DNA from: Bacteroidales bacterium UBA4814 | GTDB taxonomy: Bacteria > Bacteroidota > Bacteroidia > Bacteroidales > UBA7960 | DNA: 64,000 bases | Assembly (NCBI GenBank): GCA_002402465.1 | Contig: DHFW01000052.1 | Coordinates: forward strand, 71,971-135,970 | Reading direction: 5' to 3' | Shown: positions 20,450-30,039 of the stretch, piece after piece | How positions within the stretch are numbered: position 1 is the stretch's first letter | Layout: each line of letters opens with the position of its first letter | Made by a program: the position numbers and the translations under genes | The notes under the pieces: model-generated | Seen by the model: only the letters and a program-made list of their open reading frames with translations | What the model was told of the DNA's origin: nothing | Database searches by the model: none

Positions 20450-20953
20450 ATGCGCATTTACCTGCTTGGCTTTATGGGCAGCGGAAAAAGCTCGCTGGGC
20501 AAACGCCTGGCAAAAAAACTGAACTATCCTTTTTCTGACATCGACGAGGAGGTGGAAGCCCTTGCCGGGATGAGTATTCCGGATATTTTCCTCAAATATG
20601 GAGAAAGCCGTTTCAGGCAACTCGAGCAGCAGGCTTTGCATAAAAGCATTCATTTTCATAAAGCGGTAATTGCTACAGGGGGTGGCACACCCTGTTTTTT
20701 TGATAATATGGAATTTATCAACACCCACGGCGTTTCGGTTTACCTGCGGATGAGTTCAGCCAGCCTGGCTTACAGGCTTGAACATGCGCAAAAGCAGCGA
20801 CCCTTGGTAGAGAATTTCGCTGGCGAAAAGTTGCTGAGTTATATTGAAGAGAAATTGCAGGAACGGGAGCCCTATTACATGCAATCAAAATGCATAATTA
20901 AAGGTGAAACGGTAAAAGTTGACCAGATCATCTCACTGGTTTTCGGGCATTGA
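20450..20953 (+). CDS. aroK: shikimate kinase
   Basis: MRIYLLGFMGSGKSSLGK Walker A and an ATGGG motif. The start was moved to ATG 20450. Confidence 0.85.
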   Translation: MRIYLLGFMGSGKSSLGKRLAKKLNYPFSDIDEEVEALAGMSIPDIFLKYGESRFRQLEQQALHKSIHFHKAVIATGGGTPCFFDNMEFINTHGVSVYLRMSSASLAYRLEHAQKQRPLVENFAGEKLLSYIEEKLQEREPYYMQSKCIIKGETVKVDQIISLVFGH

Positions 20954-21604
20954 AGCCACGCTTGGTTTTTCTGGCAATAGTCGTCCTGCTTTTACGAATC
21001 TGCGCCGGTAGTAAAAAGCTGACATCTCGCTGATGGTGACCCCGCTGCTTGCTGAGGTATGAATAAAGCGCCCGTTTCCGAGATAAATCCCCACATGGTC
21101 GATCCGGCTTTGATGGTATATTCTGAAAAACACCAGGTCGCCTTCCTTCAACTCTTCAACATTAATTGGATTTGCCAACCTGGAAATGTCTTGGGAGCTT
21201 CCTTTTAACTCCATACCATATACTTTGCGGAAAATGATCTTTACCAGCCCGGAGCAGTCGATGCCGCCTTGACCCCTGCTGCGCAAAACATGGGGAGTGC
21301 CCAGCCACTTATGGAGTTCTGTGTAAAGCATTGGGTTGCTGAGGTAGTTGATGTCCACACCATTTTCTGCGAAAGTGCCAATTACCTCAATATAAGCCGA
21401 GTCGAGCAAAAGCGGAACCTCCTCGCTACCGACCGATGGGGCTTGCCAGAAAACCGGCGGAATTAGCAAAACCATTAAAACAAATGATTTGCGTAATCCA
21501 TTAAAAAGTTTTCTGAAGACTTTCCTTGCCAAAAGAGGTTTGTTTTTTGTTGGAAATGGAACTTCGTTTAGTTCAGAATAGGGTCTGTGGGATAGTTTGA
21601 CCAA
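20933..21604 (-). CDS. NlpC/P60 (C40) family peptidase (start uncertain)
   Basis: GGIDCSGLV catalytic Cys motif and DHVGIYLGNGRFIH. Confidence 0.75.
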   Translation of the reverse strand: MVKLSHRPYSELNEVPFPTKNKPLLARKVFRKLFNGLRKSFVLMVLLIPPVFWQAPSVGSEEVPLLLDSAYIEVIGTFAENGVDINYLSNPMLYTELHKWLGTPHVLRSRGQGGIDCSGLVKIIFRKVYGMELKGSSQDISRLANPINVEELKEGDLVFFRIYHQSRIDHVGIYLGNGRFIHTSASSGVTISEMSAFYYRRRFVKAGRLLPEKPSVASMPENQ

Positions 21605-22134
21605 ATGGCGTAGTCGTCGCCCAGCTCTTTCAGCATATTACTCCAGAGCTTTTCGGGTTTGTCGCCCATCACGGTTTCCAGGGTGCACTGGGTTACAATC
21701 CAGGAGTCTTCTTTCAGTTCACGGTCGAGCTGGCTAGGCTCCCAGCCAGAGTAGCCGATAAAGAAGCGCACCTCCTCGGGGCTAACCAGTTTCAGATCAA
21801 TGAGCTCCATGAGCTTTTCTATTTCGCCGCCCCAAAAGAGACCTTTTAAAATCTCCATGCTTCCCGTAACACGCTCGCCCAGGGTGTGCAGGTAAAAAAG
21901 CCGGTCGGGATGTACAGGTCCTCCCAAAAACAAAGGAAATTCGTTGGTGGGAAACTCTTTTACCACATCCTTAAGTTTGAGGTTGATGGGTTTATTTAGG
22001 ATCAAACCGACACTGCCTTCTTCTTCGCTATGCTCAGCCAAAAGCACCACGCTGCGACTGAAATAGAAGTCGCGCAGGGTCGGTTCGCTTACGAGCAGTT
22101 TGCCTCGTGAAGGCGCTGTCATTTTCTTATTCAT
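21568..22134 (-). CDS. YqgE/AlgH family protein (UPF0301)
   Basis: GKLLVSEP...FSRSVVLL...GGPV...GYSGWEPSQLDREL motifs. The start was set to MNKKM (22134). Confidence 0.8.
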   Translation of the reverse strand: MNKKMTAPSRGKLLVSEPTLRDFYFSRSVVLLAEHSEEEGSVGLILNKPINLKLKDVVKEFPTNEFPLFLGGPVHPDRLFYLHTLGERVTGSMEILKGLFWGGEIEKLMELIDLKLVSPEEVRFFIGYSGWEPSQLDRELKEDSWIVTQCTLETVMGDKPEKLWSNMLKELGDDYAIWSNYPTDPILN

Positions 22135-22242
22135 ATTAAGAAAGATATTACTTTTATTTTGAATTACGGCTCCTAAAACTGTTTTTGTTACTTTTGGAGC
22201 TGAAATCAGCAGTAAAACAACAAATTCTTTGCCATTGTTCAA

Positions 22243-23625
22243 ATGCGCCAAACTGACAATTCCTCAAAATATCATCAACTGAGGGCGGCCTTTCCGCGCT
22301 TTGTGTATGAATCGGCAAGGGCCGAAAAGACTGCTGAAGGCGTTAGCTTGCAATTCGTTTTCAGGCTGAACGAGGAGTTGGTTTTCAGGCCGACAATGTT
22401 TTTCTCCGACAAGGGGCGCTTTTTTAATCTGTCTGATGAGCTGCTGCAAACCTTTGCTTTTCATGTGGGCATGGTGGAAATGATCAGCTACTGGAAGGCA
22501 TTTTGCTCGCCACGCATTCTGGTAATGCCTTTCAGACTTAACACAGGGCAAGAGCAGTGGTGGAAAAAACTTTTTCGTTACGGCTTGGGTGAGTTTTTCC
22601 ATACCAATGGCATTGAGGTGCCCGGTGAAGAAATGCTGTCGTTTGAGTACCCGGCAGAAGCAGCTTATTTTAAGAGATCTGAACTGGAGCATTTCTCTGA
22701 AAGCATCATAATTCCCGTGGGGGGTGGCAAAGATTCAGTGGTTACGCTTGAGTTGCTTAAAAACCCGGGTGCTGACATTTTGCCGCTGGTTATGAACCAG
22801 CGCGGGGCCACCCGGCAGGTGCTGGCGGCGGCTGGCTTCGGGCCAGAAGACACCCTGGAAGTAAAACGTACGCTCGATCCTTTGCTGCTTAAACTCAACG
22901 AGCAGGGATTTCTGAACGGGCACACCCCTTTTTCGGCTTTGCTGGCTTTTGTGACCGTGTTTTCGGCTGCCCTTACGGGGAAAAAGCATGTGGCTCTCTC
23001 GAACGAATCGAGTGCTAATGAGGCCAGCATTCCCGGCTCAAAGATCAATCACCAGTATTCAAAATCTTTTGAGTTTGAGCAGGATTTCAGAGATTATCTT
23101 TCGGCGCATTTGCAGAGGGGGGTAAACTACTTCAGTTTCCTTAGGCCGCTCAACGAATTGCAAATAGGGGCTCTGTTTTCAGGCTTCACTCAATATCACG
23201 GGGTTTTTAAAAGTTGCAACGCCGGCAGTAAAACCGACTCTTGGTGCTGCAACTGTTCTAAATGCCTTTTCACATACACCATGCTGGCGCCATTTGTAAG
23301 GGAAGAAAAAATGACAGCCATTTTTGGAGAAAACCTTTTTGAGAAAGTCAGGCTTGCCCCAATACTTGACCAGCTAACCGGGGTGGCCGAAAACAAACCA
23401 TTTGAATGCGTGGGAACCATCGACGAGGTGAATGCCGCCCTGCAGGAAGTCATTCGTCAGAAAAAGAAAGTTCAGCTCCCTGTTTTGTTACAGCATTACC
23501 AACAGCAGCAGCCTGCAGCAGCCGGATTGAAAAATTTTAAGGACTTCCTGCACGAATTTCACCAGCCCCATGCCCTTCAGCCACGATTCAAAAACCTGCT
23601 TCAAAAGTCAATAAATAACTTATAA
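22243..23625 (+). CDS. PP-loop-like ATP-utilising protein; candidate UDP-MurNAc-L-Ala-L-Glu epimerase (MurL-like)
   Basis: IIIPVGGGKDSVV (SGGxDS-like PP-loop). The 460-aa gene lies 27 nt upstream of a MurD-family ligase gene. Confidence 0.45.
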   Translation: MRQTDNSSKYHQLRAAFPRFVYESARAEKTAEGVSLQFVFRLNEELVFRPTMFFSDKGRFFNLSDELLQTFAFHVGMVEMISYWKAFCSPRILVMPFRLNTGQEQWWKKLFRYGLGEFFHTNGIEVPGEEMLSFEYPAEAAYFKRSELEHFSESIIIPVGGGKDSVVTLELLKNPGADILPLVMNQRGATRQVLAAAGFGPEDTLEVKRTLDPLLLKLNEQGFLNGHTPFSALLAFVTVFSAALTGKKHVALSNESSANEASIPGSKINHQYSKSFEFEQDFRDYLSAHLQRGVNYFSFLRPLNELQIGALFSGFTQYHGVFKSCNAGSKTDSWCCNCSKCLFTYTMLAPFVREEKMTAIFGENLFEKVRLAPILDQLTGVAENKPFECVGTIDEVNAALQEVIRQKKKVQLPVLLQHYQQQQPAAAGLKNFKDFLHEFHQPHALQPRFKNLLQKSINNL

Positions 23626-23652
23626 TCAATCATTAATAATTAACAATTACCC

Positions 23653-25053
23653 GTGAACCCTCAGCCATTTCAGGAATTTTTCCATAACAAAAGGGTTGCT
23701 GTTCTTGGTTTTGCCAGGGAGGGACAGTCAACTTTCCGGGCCATTCGCAAGGCCTTGCCTGAATTTCCGCTAGTGGTTTGCGACCGTCAGGTTCCGGGTA
23801 GGGAAGCTTTCCCCGAAAGGGAAAAAGACCAGCAAACCAAATGGTATTTTGGTGAACACTACCTGGAAGGGATTCAGGATGCGGATATTATTATTAAGTC
23901 GCCAGGGATTCCGTTTCGGGTCATTGAAAACGAGGAGCTTCGTGATCGGGTGGTGTCGCAAACGGGTTTGTTTTTGCAGCTTTTCAGACATCAGGTCGTG
24001 GGCATTACGGGCACCAAGGGGAAAAGCACTACCTCAAGCCTGTTATTTCACATCCTTAGAACTGCGGGCCGCTCCGCCTTGCTTGCCGGCAATATTGGCA
24101 TTCCGCCCCTCGACCTGATTGATGAAATGACAGAGGAAACCGTGGTGGTTTTTGAAATGAGCAGCCATCAGCTCGAGCATTTGAGGGTTAGCCCACATAT
24201 TGCCATTTTGCTGAATATTTTTGAGGAGCACCTGGACCATTATGCCAGTTATCGCGACTATCAGATGGCCAAGATGAACATTGTCCGGTGGCAGCAAACC
24301 GGCGATATTTTTATTTATAACCCTTTTAATGAACTGATTTCGGGCCTGGTAGAGGAGCTTGAAATAGCCTCAGACTTTTATTTGCTGGGCAACGCTCCTG
24401 GCAGCAGAAATCTGATTTTTTGCGACAAGGGCAGCCTGGTGCTGAGCCTGGCCGGGCGAGAATCGCGCATTCGCGATATTTGCCGGGTGCGAAAGCTCCC
24501 GGGTAACCATAACCTGCTAAACATTTCGGCAGCCAGCGCCGCAGCCTATCTGCTGAAGGTGGCTCCCTTGCAAATTACAAGAGCCGTTGCAAGTTTCGAC
24601 GGATTGCCACACCGGCTTGAGTTTGTGGGTTTCTACCGTGGCATTTCGTTTTACAACGATTCCATATCCACGATTCCTGAATCGACTATCGAAGCCCTGA
24701 AGACATTTCCGAGAACAAGCACCCTGCTGTTGGGCGGCTTCGACCGGGGCGTGAATTACTCGTCGCTGATTGCTTTCCTTGCAGAATCGAAAGTGCAAAA
24801 CCTGATCTTTATAGGAAAAGCCGGACGCCGGATGTATGAAGAAGGGAGAGACCTGCCCGGCATTAAAGGTAAAAACTGTTTTTTTCCTGAAACCTTTGAG
24901 CAGGCAGTCGAAATGGCCATGAATAATACACCTGCTGCGGGTATTTGCATGCTTTCGCCTGCTGCGGCCAGCTACGATTCCTTCAGGAACTTCGAGCACA
25001 GGGGCGATACGTTTAAGGAGCTGGTAAGGAAGGTTGAAAGTTCAAGCAAGTAG
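23653..25053 (+). CDS. MurD-family UDP-N-acetylmuramoyl-L-alanine--glutamate ligase (possibly the L-Glu-adding MurD2 type)
   Basis: GTG start, VLGFAREGQS Rossmann segment, GITGTKGKSTT P-loop and Mur ligase middle and C-terminal domains. It is not in a dcw-cluster context. Confidence 0.8.
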   Translation: MNPQPFQEFFHNKRVAVLGFAREGQSTFRAIRKALPEFPLVVCDRQVPGREAFPEREKDQQTKWYFGEHYLEGIQDADIIIKSPGIPFRVIENEELRDRVVSQTGLFLQLFRHQVVGITGTKGKSTTSSLLFHILRTAGRSALLAGNIGIPPLDLIDEMTEETVVVFEMSSHQLEHLRVSPHIAILLNIFEEHLDHYASYRDYQMAKMNIVRWQQTGDIFIYNPFNELISGLVEELEIASDFYLLGNAPGSRNLIFCDKGSLVLSLAGRESRIRDICRVRKLPGNHNLLNISAASAAAYLLKVAPLQITRAVASFDGLPHRLEFVGFYRGISFYNDSISTIPESTIEALKTFPRTSTLLLGGFDRGVNYSSLIAFLAESKVQNLIFIGKAGRRMYEEGRDLPGIKGKNCFFPETFEQAVEMAMNNTPAAGICMLSPAAASYDSFRNFEHRGDTFKELVRKVESSSK

Positions 25054-25130
25054 CAATAGCAGGTAGTGGAAGTAATGGCTCAGAGCACAGAGCTTAGGGT
25101 TTCCTGATTTTATTCCAGACAATTTTGGGT

Positions 25131-25158
25131 AAAAAAACAGCAGGTTTTTTCCTGCTGC
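25131..25158 (-). terminator. intrinsic terminator after the THX gene
   Basis: Stem cagcagg/cctgctg with a T6 loop. The A7 on the plus strand gives a T7 tail on the minus strand. Confidence 0.65.
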
Positions 25159-25180
25159 TACTTTTGTCTTTTAAGAAAAT

Positions 25181-25321
25181 TTATTTTTTGGTGGTTCTTT
25201 TTTTGGGTGCTGGCGGGGGAGGCGCGGCCACGCTGGGTTTACTGGTGTTGCGGGGCCTGGTTTTTCCGTAAGTTCCCCTGAAAAGTTTTCCGCGACGGGT
25301 TTTCTGATCTCCTTTTCCCAT
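25181..25321 (-). CDS. 30S ribosomal protein THX (46 aa; below the ORF-track length cut-off)
   Basis: My manual translation of the minus strand gives [46 protein letters not shown], the typical Bacteroidota THX N-terminus. Confidence 0.8.
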   Translation of the reverse strand: MGKGDQKTRRGKLFRGTYGKTRPRNTSKPSVAAPPPPAPKKRTTKK

Positions 25322-25384
25322 AACAAATATGTTTTAGGTTAAAAAAAATTCCTGCCATAAAATTAAGAAATCTGTGTGTGAAAG

Positions 25385-26089
25385 TCAATGTTTTGCTTGC
25401 CGGGTTTCAAGAAATCTTTTAATAAGCAATTCTGGCGTTTTAATGGATGCGCTGAGCCATTCAAGGTGCAGCTCGTCATACTGTTCTTCGGAGAGTTGCC
25501 AGGGAATGTTGCTTTTCTTAAGCCGGTTGGTTAATTCAAAGAGGCAAATGGCTGCCGACACAGAAATGTTGAAGCTTTCAGTAAAACCAGCCATGGGGAT
25601 GCGCATAAAAAAATCGGCTGCCTGCAGGGCCTGAGCTGAAAGTCCTTCTTGTTCGGTGCCAAATAAGATTGCCACAGGCTTATCCAGGGGCAGGCCCACA
25701 GGGTTGAAGTCGTGTTCGTGCGGACTGGTGGCTACCAGCTGGTAGCCTTCCTGTTTCAGATGATTGAGGCAGGCCCCGATGTTGAACTCTCCATCGCGGT
25801 AACGGTGCAGGCTCAGCCACTTGCTGGCGCCCATATCCACTTCGGGGTTAATTTCGTAATCGTAGCGGTTCTCAATGATATGTACATCTTGCACTCCAAA
25901 ACATTCGCACGAGCGCAGCACAGCGCTGGCATTGTGGGGCTGGTAAATATCTTCGAGCACTACGGTAAGGTGGCGGGTGCGTTGCGAAAGTACCTGCTGT
26001 ATTTTTTGTAATCGCGAAGGTGTAACAAAATCGCCCAGGTAATTAATCACCTGCTTACGCGTTTGGCTGTCCATCTGGGTTGTGCTCAA
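25385..26089 (-). CDS. trmH: SpoU/TrmH-family RNA 2'-O-methyltransferase
   Basis: NASAVLRSCECFG, FGTEQEGLS and the IPMAGFTESFNISVSAAI knot motif. Confidence 0.8.
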   Translation of the reverse strand: MSTTQMDSQTRKQVINYLGDFVTPSRLQKIQQVLSQRTRHLTVVLEDIYQPHNASAVLRSCECFGVQDVHIIENRYDYEINPEVDMGASKWLSLHRYRDGEFNIGACLNHLKQEGYQLVATSPHEHDFNPVGLPLDKPVAILFGTEQEGLSAQALQAADFFMRIPMAGFTESFNISVSAAICLFELTNRLKKSNIPWQLSEEQYDELHLEWLSASIKTPELLIKRFLETRQAKH

Positions 26090-27138
26090 TCTTTTTGGCT
26101 TTTTATGATCATTCCTGCCAAGCGAAAAAGCAAGCGGCTTGACACAATGCCATCCATTTCACCGGGTCCGGTTTCCACCAGGTCGGCTCCAATGATTTTC
26201 TTTCCCTGGTTTATGATGGTTTCGAGCAGGTAGGTGGCCTGGTTAAACGACAGTCCACCCGGCAGAGGAGTGCCGGTACCCGGGCATAGGGCAGAGTCGA
26301 GGCCATCCACATCGAAACTTACGTAAACCTCTTCGGGTAACTTTTTCACTATTTCCTGGCATATCTCCATCCAATTTTCTCCCTCGAACAGGCGGCTGTA
26401 AATGTCGCGGTCGAAATAGGTGCGAATTTTTCCCGGATTTTTACTGATCACTTGCACCTCCTCCGGGCATAGTTCGCGAATCCCCACCTGCACCAGATTC
26501 TCCACACCCTCTGTTTTTAAAGCATTGTGCATGATGGAGGCATGTGAGTGGGTAAACCCTTGGTATGCCTCGCGCAGATCGGCATGGGCATCAATCTGAA
26601 GGATGCCGAAACCAGGGCGTTTGCGGGCCAGCGCCCTGATAAGGCCAAGGGGCACACTGTGTTCGCCACCAAGCACTACGGGCACCTTTCCTTGCTCAAG
26701 ATACATCAGTGATTTAAACTCGAGTTCCAGACTCAGCGCTTCACTGGCTTCATTTATCTCCTTCAAAACAGCGATCATCTCCTCATTGTCTTCTAACTGC
26801 CCGCCCAGTTCAAGAAAGTTGATATACTTGCTCGATTTCTTCCTGAGTTGATTGTTGCGGTTAACCATGGCCGGATCGATACTTTCCATGGCCATGCCTT
26901 GTTTCCAGGCGTCCGGGGCAAAGGGATCGAAAAGATCGATCTGAAACGACGATTCAAAAATCTTTTTCGGACCGGCCGAGGTTCCGTCAAAGTTCGATAC
27001 GGTTACATCCCAGGGCATGGGAATAAAAACCACCCTGGCGTTTTCGGGCGTGAAAGGCAGGCTGAAAATGTTGTTGTTGGCGTTGCCCGTGGCGTTGGGG
27101 TTATAACCTTCGAGGGCATCTGGGTTTGTCATGGCCAT
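26086..27138 (-). CDS. arginase/agmatinase/formiminoglutamase-family hydrolase
   Basis: GGEHSV, IDAHADL and SFDVDGLD Mn-binding motifs. Confidence 0.8.
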   Translation of the reverse strand: MAMTNPDALEGYNPNATGNANNNIFSLPFTPENARVVFIPMPWDVTVSNFDGTSAGPKKIFESSFQIDLFDPFAPDAWKQGMAMESIDPAMVNRNNQLRKKSSKYINFLELGGQLEDNEEMIAVLKEINEASEALSLELEFKSLMYLEQGKVPVVLGGEHSVPLGLIRALARKRPGFGILQIDAHADLREAYQGFTHSHASIMHNALKTEGVENLVQVGIRELCPEEVQVISKNPGKIRTYFDRDIYSRLFEGENWMEICQEIVKKLPEEVYVSFDVDGLDSALCPGTGTPLPGGLSFNQATYLLETIINQGKKIIGADLVETGPGEMDGIVSSRLLFRLAGMIIKSQKD

Positions 27139-27169
27139 TCATTTAAACAAAAACCGGCGTTAGTTTGTG

Positions 27170-27204
27170 GAAAAAATAAAAAAAGCCCCGGAAATTCCGG
27201 AGCT
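27170..27204 (-). terminator. intrinsic terminator after the HU gene
   Basis: Stem agccccgg/ccggagct with a long T-run on the minus strand. Confidence 0.65.
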
Positions 27205-27226
27205 TTTCAATGCTTGTTTCAAGTGT

Positions 27227-27499
27227 TTACTTAACCACTTTTGCCAACTCAGCACCGGCCTTAAATTTAACAACCTTCTTGGCTGGAATGGTGATTTCCT
27301 TGCCAGACTGGGGGTTGCGGCCTTTGCGGGCTTCTCTTTGGGAAACGGCAAATGATCCGAATCCTACAAGAGCTACCCTCTCACCTTTTTTCAGCGCCTT
27401 GGAAGTGGCACCAATGAATGCGTCCAATGCTTTTTTTGCGTCGGCTTTGGTTAAACCTGCTCCTGATGCCATGGCATCGATCAATTCTGCTTTGTTCAT
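27227..27499 (-). CDS. hup: HU-family DNA-binding protein
   Basis: The 90-aa protein has [11 protein letters not shown]...GFGSF...[15 protein letters not shown] motifs. Confidence 0.9.
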   Translation of the reverse strand: MNKAELIDAMASGAGLTKADAKKALDAFIGATSKALKKGERVALVGFGSFAVSQREARKGRNPQSGKEITIPAKKVVKFKAGAELAKVVK

Positions 27500-27598
27500 T
27501 TTTCGTTTGTTTTAGTTACACGAGTAATTGGTTGCTTCCATTAAACATTGCAAATATAGGCCATTTCTAAGAAAATGCAAGTCAAGCGCGCGAAATGT

Positions 27599-27630
27599 GC
27601 CGATTTTGTTGAAAAATCGGCGTTTTTGTT
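27599..27630. terminator. 9-bp hairpin between fmt and the HU gene; the T-run is on the plus-strand side only
   Basis: Stem gccgatttt/aaaatcggc followed by gtttttgtt. Confidence 0.4.
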
Positions 27631-27684
27631 AATAACTCAGGGCTAAAACAGGCGGTATCAAACGATTTTAAGGGTAAAATAACC

Positions 27685-28659
27685 TTAAATGGGCATGTAA
27701 TGCAAGTCTTCCAGTTGGAATCCGCGAAGAAAATCGGCGGTACTCATGCGCTTTTTTCCGGCCATTTGCAGGCTTTTTACCGCTACCAGGCCATCGGGAG
27801 TAGCAAAAGATAAGCTGGTTTTTCCATCCGAAAGAAGCTCACCGTATTTATACGTATGAATGAATTCCCTGGCTTCTGCCTCATAAATCTTCAGTATTTG
27901 CTCCTTTCCGCCCACTCTGAGCAGGGTAAAAGCACCGGGGAATGGGCTCATGCCATGGATGTGGTTAACCGCTTTCTGGCAGGGCTTTTCCCAGTCAATC
28001 AAACAATCTTCCTTGAATATCTTTGGGGCTTTTTTTAGTTGAGTCGTTTCGGCAAGCAGCGCCGACTGGTCAAGTGGTTCAACTTGGTTCTGAGCAAGGG
28101 CATCAATGGTTTTCAGCACCAGGTCTGCACCAGCTATCATGATGCGGTCGTGCAGGCTGCCTGCGGTTTCGTTTTCAAAGATGGCCAGTCTTTCCTGAAA
28201 CAGGATCTTGCCGGTATCAATTTCGCGGTCGAGCAAAAAGGTGGTCACCCCGGTTTCCTTTTCACCGTTGATGATGACCCAGTTGATGGGCGCTGCGCCA
28301 CGGTACTGGGGCAGCAAGGAGGCATGCATATTGAAAGTGCCCAGAGGGGGTTGGCTCCATACGGCTTCGGGTAACATGCGAAAGGCTACTACCACCTGCA
28401 CATCGGGCGAAAGGCTTTTCAGTTGTTCAAGAAATTCGGGCGATTTGAGCTTCTCGGGCTGAAGTACCGGGATGGTTTTTTCATGGGCATACTTTTTAAC
28501 CTCCGAAGGTTGCAGTTTTAACCCACGTCCTGCCGGTTTGTCGGGAGCCGTAACCACACCCACCACATTGTATCCCTCTTGGCACAGCCTTTTGAGTGAG
28601 AACGCGGCCAGGGCAGGGGTGCCCATAAATACAATACGCAGGTCTTTAGGGTTCATCAT
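27685..28659 (-). CDS. fmt: methionyl-tRNA formyltransferase
   Basis: IVFMGTP..., HASLLPQYRGAAPINW and a C-terminal FMT domain. Confidence 0.9.
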   Translation of the reverse strand: MMNPKDLRIVFMGTPALAAFSLKRLCQEGYNVVGVVTAPDKPAGRGLKLQPSEVKKYAHEKTIPVLQPEKLKSPEFLEQLKSLSPDVQVVVAFRMLPEAVWSQPPLGTFNMHASLLPQYRGAAPINWVIINGEKETGVTTFLLDREIDTGKILFQERLAIFENETAGSLHDRIMIAGADLVLKTIDALAQNQVEPLDQSALLAETTQLKKAPKIFKEDCLIDWEKPCQKAVNHIHGMSPFPGAFTLLRVGGKEQILKIYEAEAREFIHTYKYGELLSDGKTSLSFATPDGLVAVKSLQMAGKKRMSTADFLRGFQLEDLHYMPI

Positions 28660-28663
28660 CTTT

Positions 28664-29158
28664 TCAGGCGCCCAGCCTGTTTTTCAGGTCCACCATTTTA
28701 ATGGCAGTAATGGCTGCTTCATCGCCTTTGTTTCCATGCACGCCGCCAGCCCGCTCGCGTGCCTGCGAGAAATTATCTGTGGTGAGCACACCAAAGATTA
28801 CGGGGATGCCTGAGTCGAGACCCAGTTTCATTAAACCCTGGCTCACGGCCTGGCAAATAAACTCGAAATGACGCGTTTCGCCCTGGATTACGCAACCCAA
28901 ACAGATTACGGCATCCACCTCGAGCTGGTCGATGAGGTAGGCGGCGCCTTGCGGCAACTCGTAACTGCCCGGAACATAATGTACATGCAGATTTTCTTCG
29001 GGCATGCCATGCTTTTTCAGTGTCTCAATGGCTCCCTTGAGCAGGGTTCCGGTTATTTCTGCATTCCACTCAGAAACGACAATGCCCATGCGCATCTTTG
29101 CTGCGCCGGGCACCGTTGCTGGATCGTAAATTGAAAGATTCTGTTTCTTTCCGTCCAT
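28664..29158 (-). CDS. ribH: 6,7-dimethyl-8-ribityllumazine synthase
   Basis: 164-aa protein with VPGSYELP and GCVIQGETRHFEF motifs. Confidence 0.9.
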   Translation of the reverse strand: MDGKKQNLSIYDPATVPGAAKMRMGIVVSEWNAEITGTLLKGAIETLKKHGMPEENLHVHYVPGSYELPQGAAYLIDQLEVDAVICLGCVIQGETRHFEFICQAVSQGLMKLGLDSGIPVIFGVLTTDNFSQARERAGGVHGNKGDEAAITAIKMVDLKNRLGA

Positions 29159-29167
29159 TAAATGCTT

Positions 29168-29857
29168 TTATTTCTGAATACTGGTACGTCCAATGTACCT
29201 TTCAATATTGCGGCCTTCGGCCGAGTTTTGGTATTCGTTGTGAATGCGTTCGTAAAGGCTGAGTGCTTCGCCGGGCTGTCCCATTTCTTCAAAGAGCAAG
29301 CCAGCCTTGAAAAGGAATAGGGGAGTAGTAAGATTGTTGGGTTTGTAGCGATAAGCCTTTCGATAATAGCGCGCTGCTGCACTCTGGTCGCCAAGCTCCA
29401 GGTGGGCATCGCCAATGGCACCATAGGTCATGGCACCAAGAAACTGGTCAGTTCCGCGGAATTTTTTCAAATGCTTAATGGCATCCTCATAATCGCCTAT
29501 TTTAAGGTAGCTCATGCCGGCATAGTAATGCGCCAGGTTGGCCGTTTTGGTAAAGCGATAGGAGGAAATAACATCGAGAAAGCCAGGATATTCTGCATCG
29601 CCATACAGGGCAAGTTGCAGGCTGTCCTGCTCAAAATATATTTCGGCCATAAACATTTCGGCGCGGGCTTCCCTTTCGCGAGGAACCAGGATAAAACGGG
29701 TGTAACCAATGTAGCCGGCAATGACCAGTACTATAATGGCCACGGCCCACATGATGGTGTTCTGGTTGCGCTCAATAAACTGCTCGGAGCGGCTCAGTGC
29801 CTCCTCAACCGCCAAAATGTTCTTTTCCTCTTCGGGATGCTTTTTGCTTTTTGACAT
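29168..29857 (-). CDS. membrane-anchored tetratricopeptide-repeat protein
   Basis: One transmembrane helix followed by TPR-like repeats (AHYYAGMSYLKIGDYEDAIKHL). Confidence 0.6.
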   Translation of the reverse strand: MSKSKKHPEEEKNILAVEEALSRSEQFIERNQNTIMWAVAIIVLVIAGYIGYTRFILVPREREARAEMFMAEIYFEQDSLQLALYGDAEYPGFLDVISSYRFTKTANLAHYYAGMSYLKIGDYEDAIKHLKKFRGTDQFLGAMTYGAIGDAHLELGDQSAAARYYRKAYRYKPNNLTTPLFLFKAGLLFEEMGQPGEALSLYERIHNEYQNSAEGRNIERYIGRTSIQK

Positions 29858-30039
29858 ATTTTCTGATTTTAGGCTGCAAAATTAATTTATTTTTGCGTGT
29901 TTCAAATGTTTTTGCGGTTTTTTTTGGAAACCCCTTTCGGGGAATACAGCGAAAGCCTTTTCCAATAAAAAGCAAAGCAAAGCAAATATTTGACCCCGCA
30001 ATGGCGTTTCTGAATAAAGTCTGATAATTATTTTTGCCG

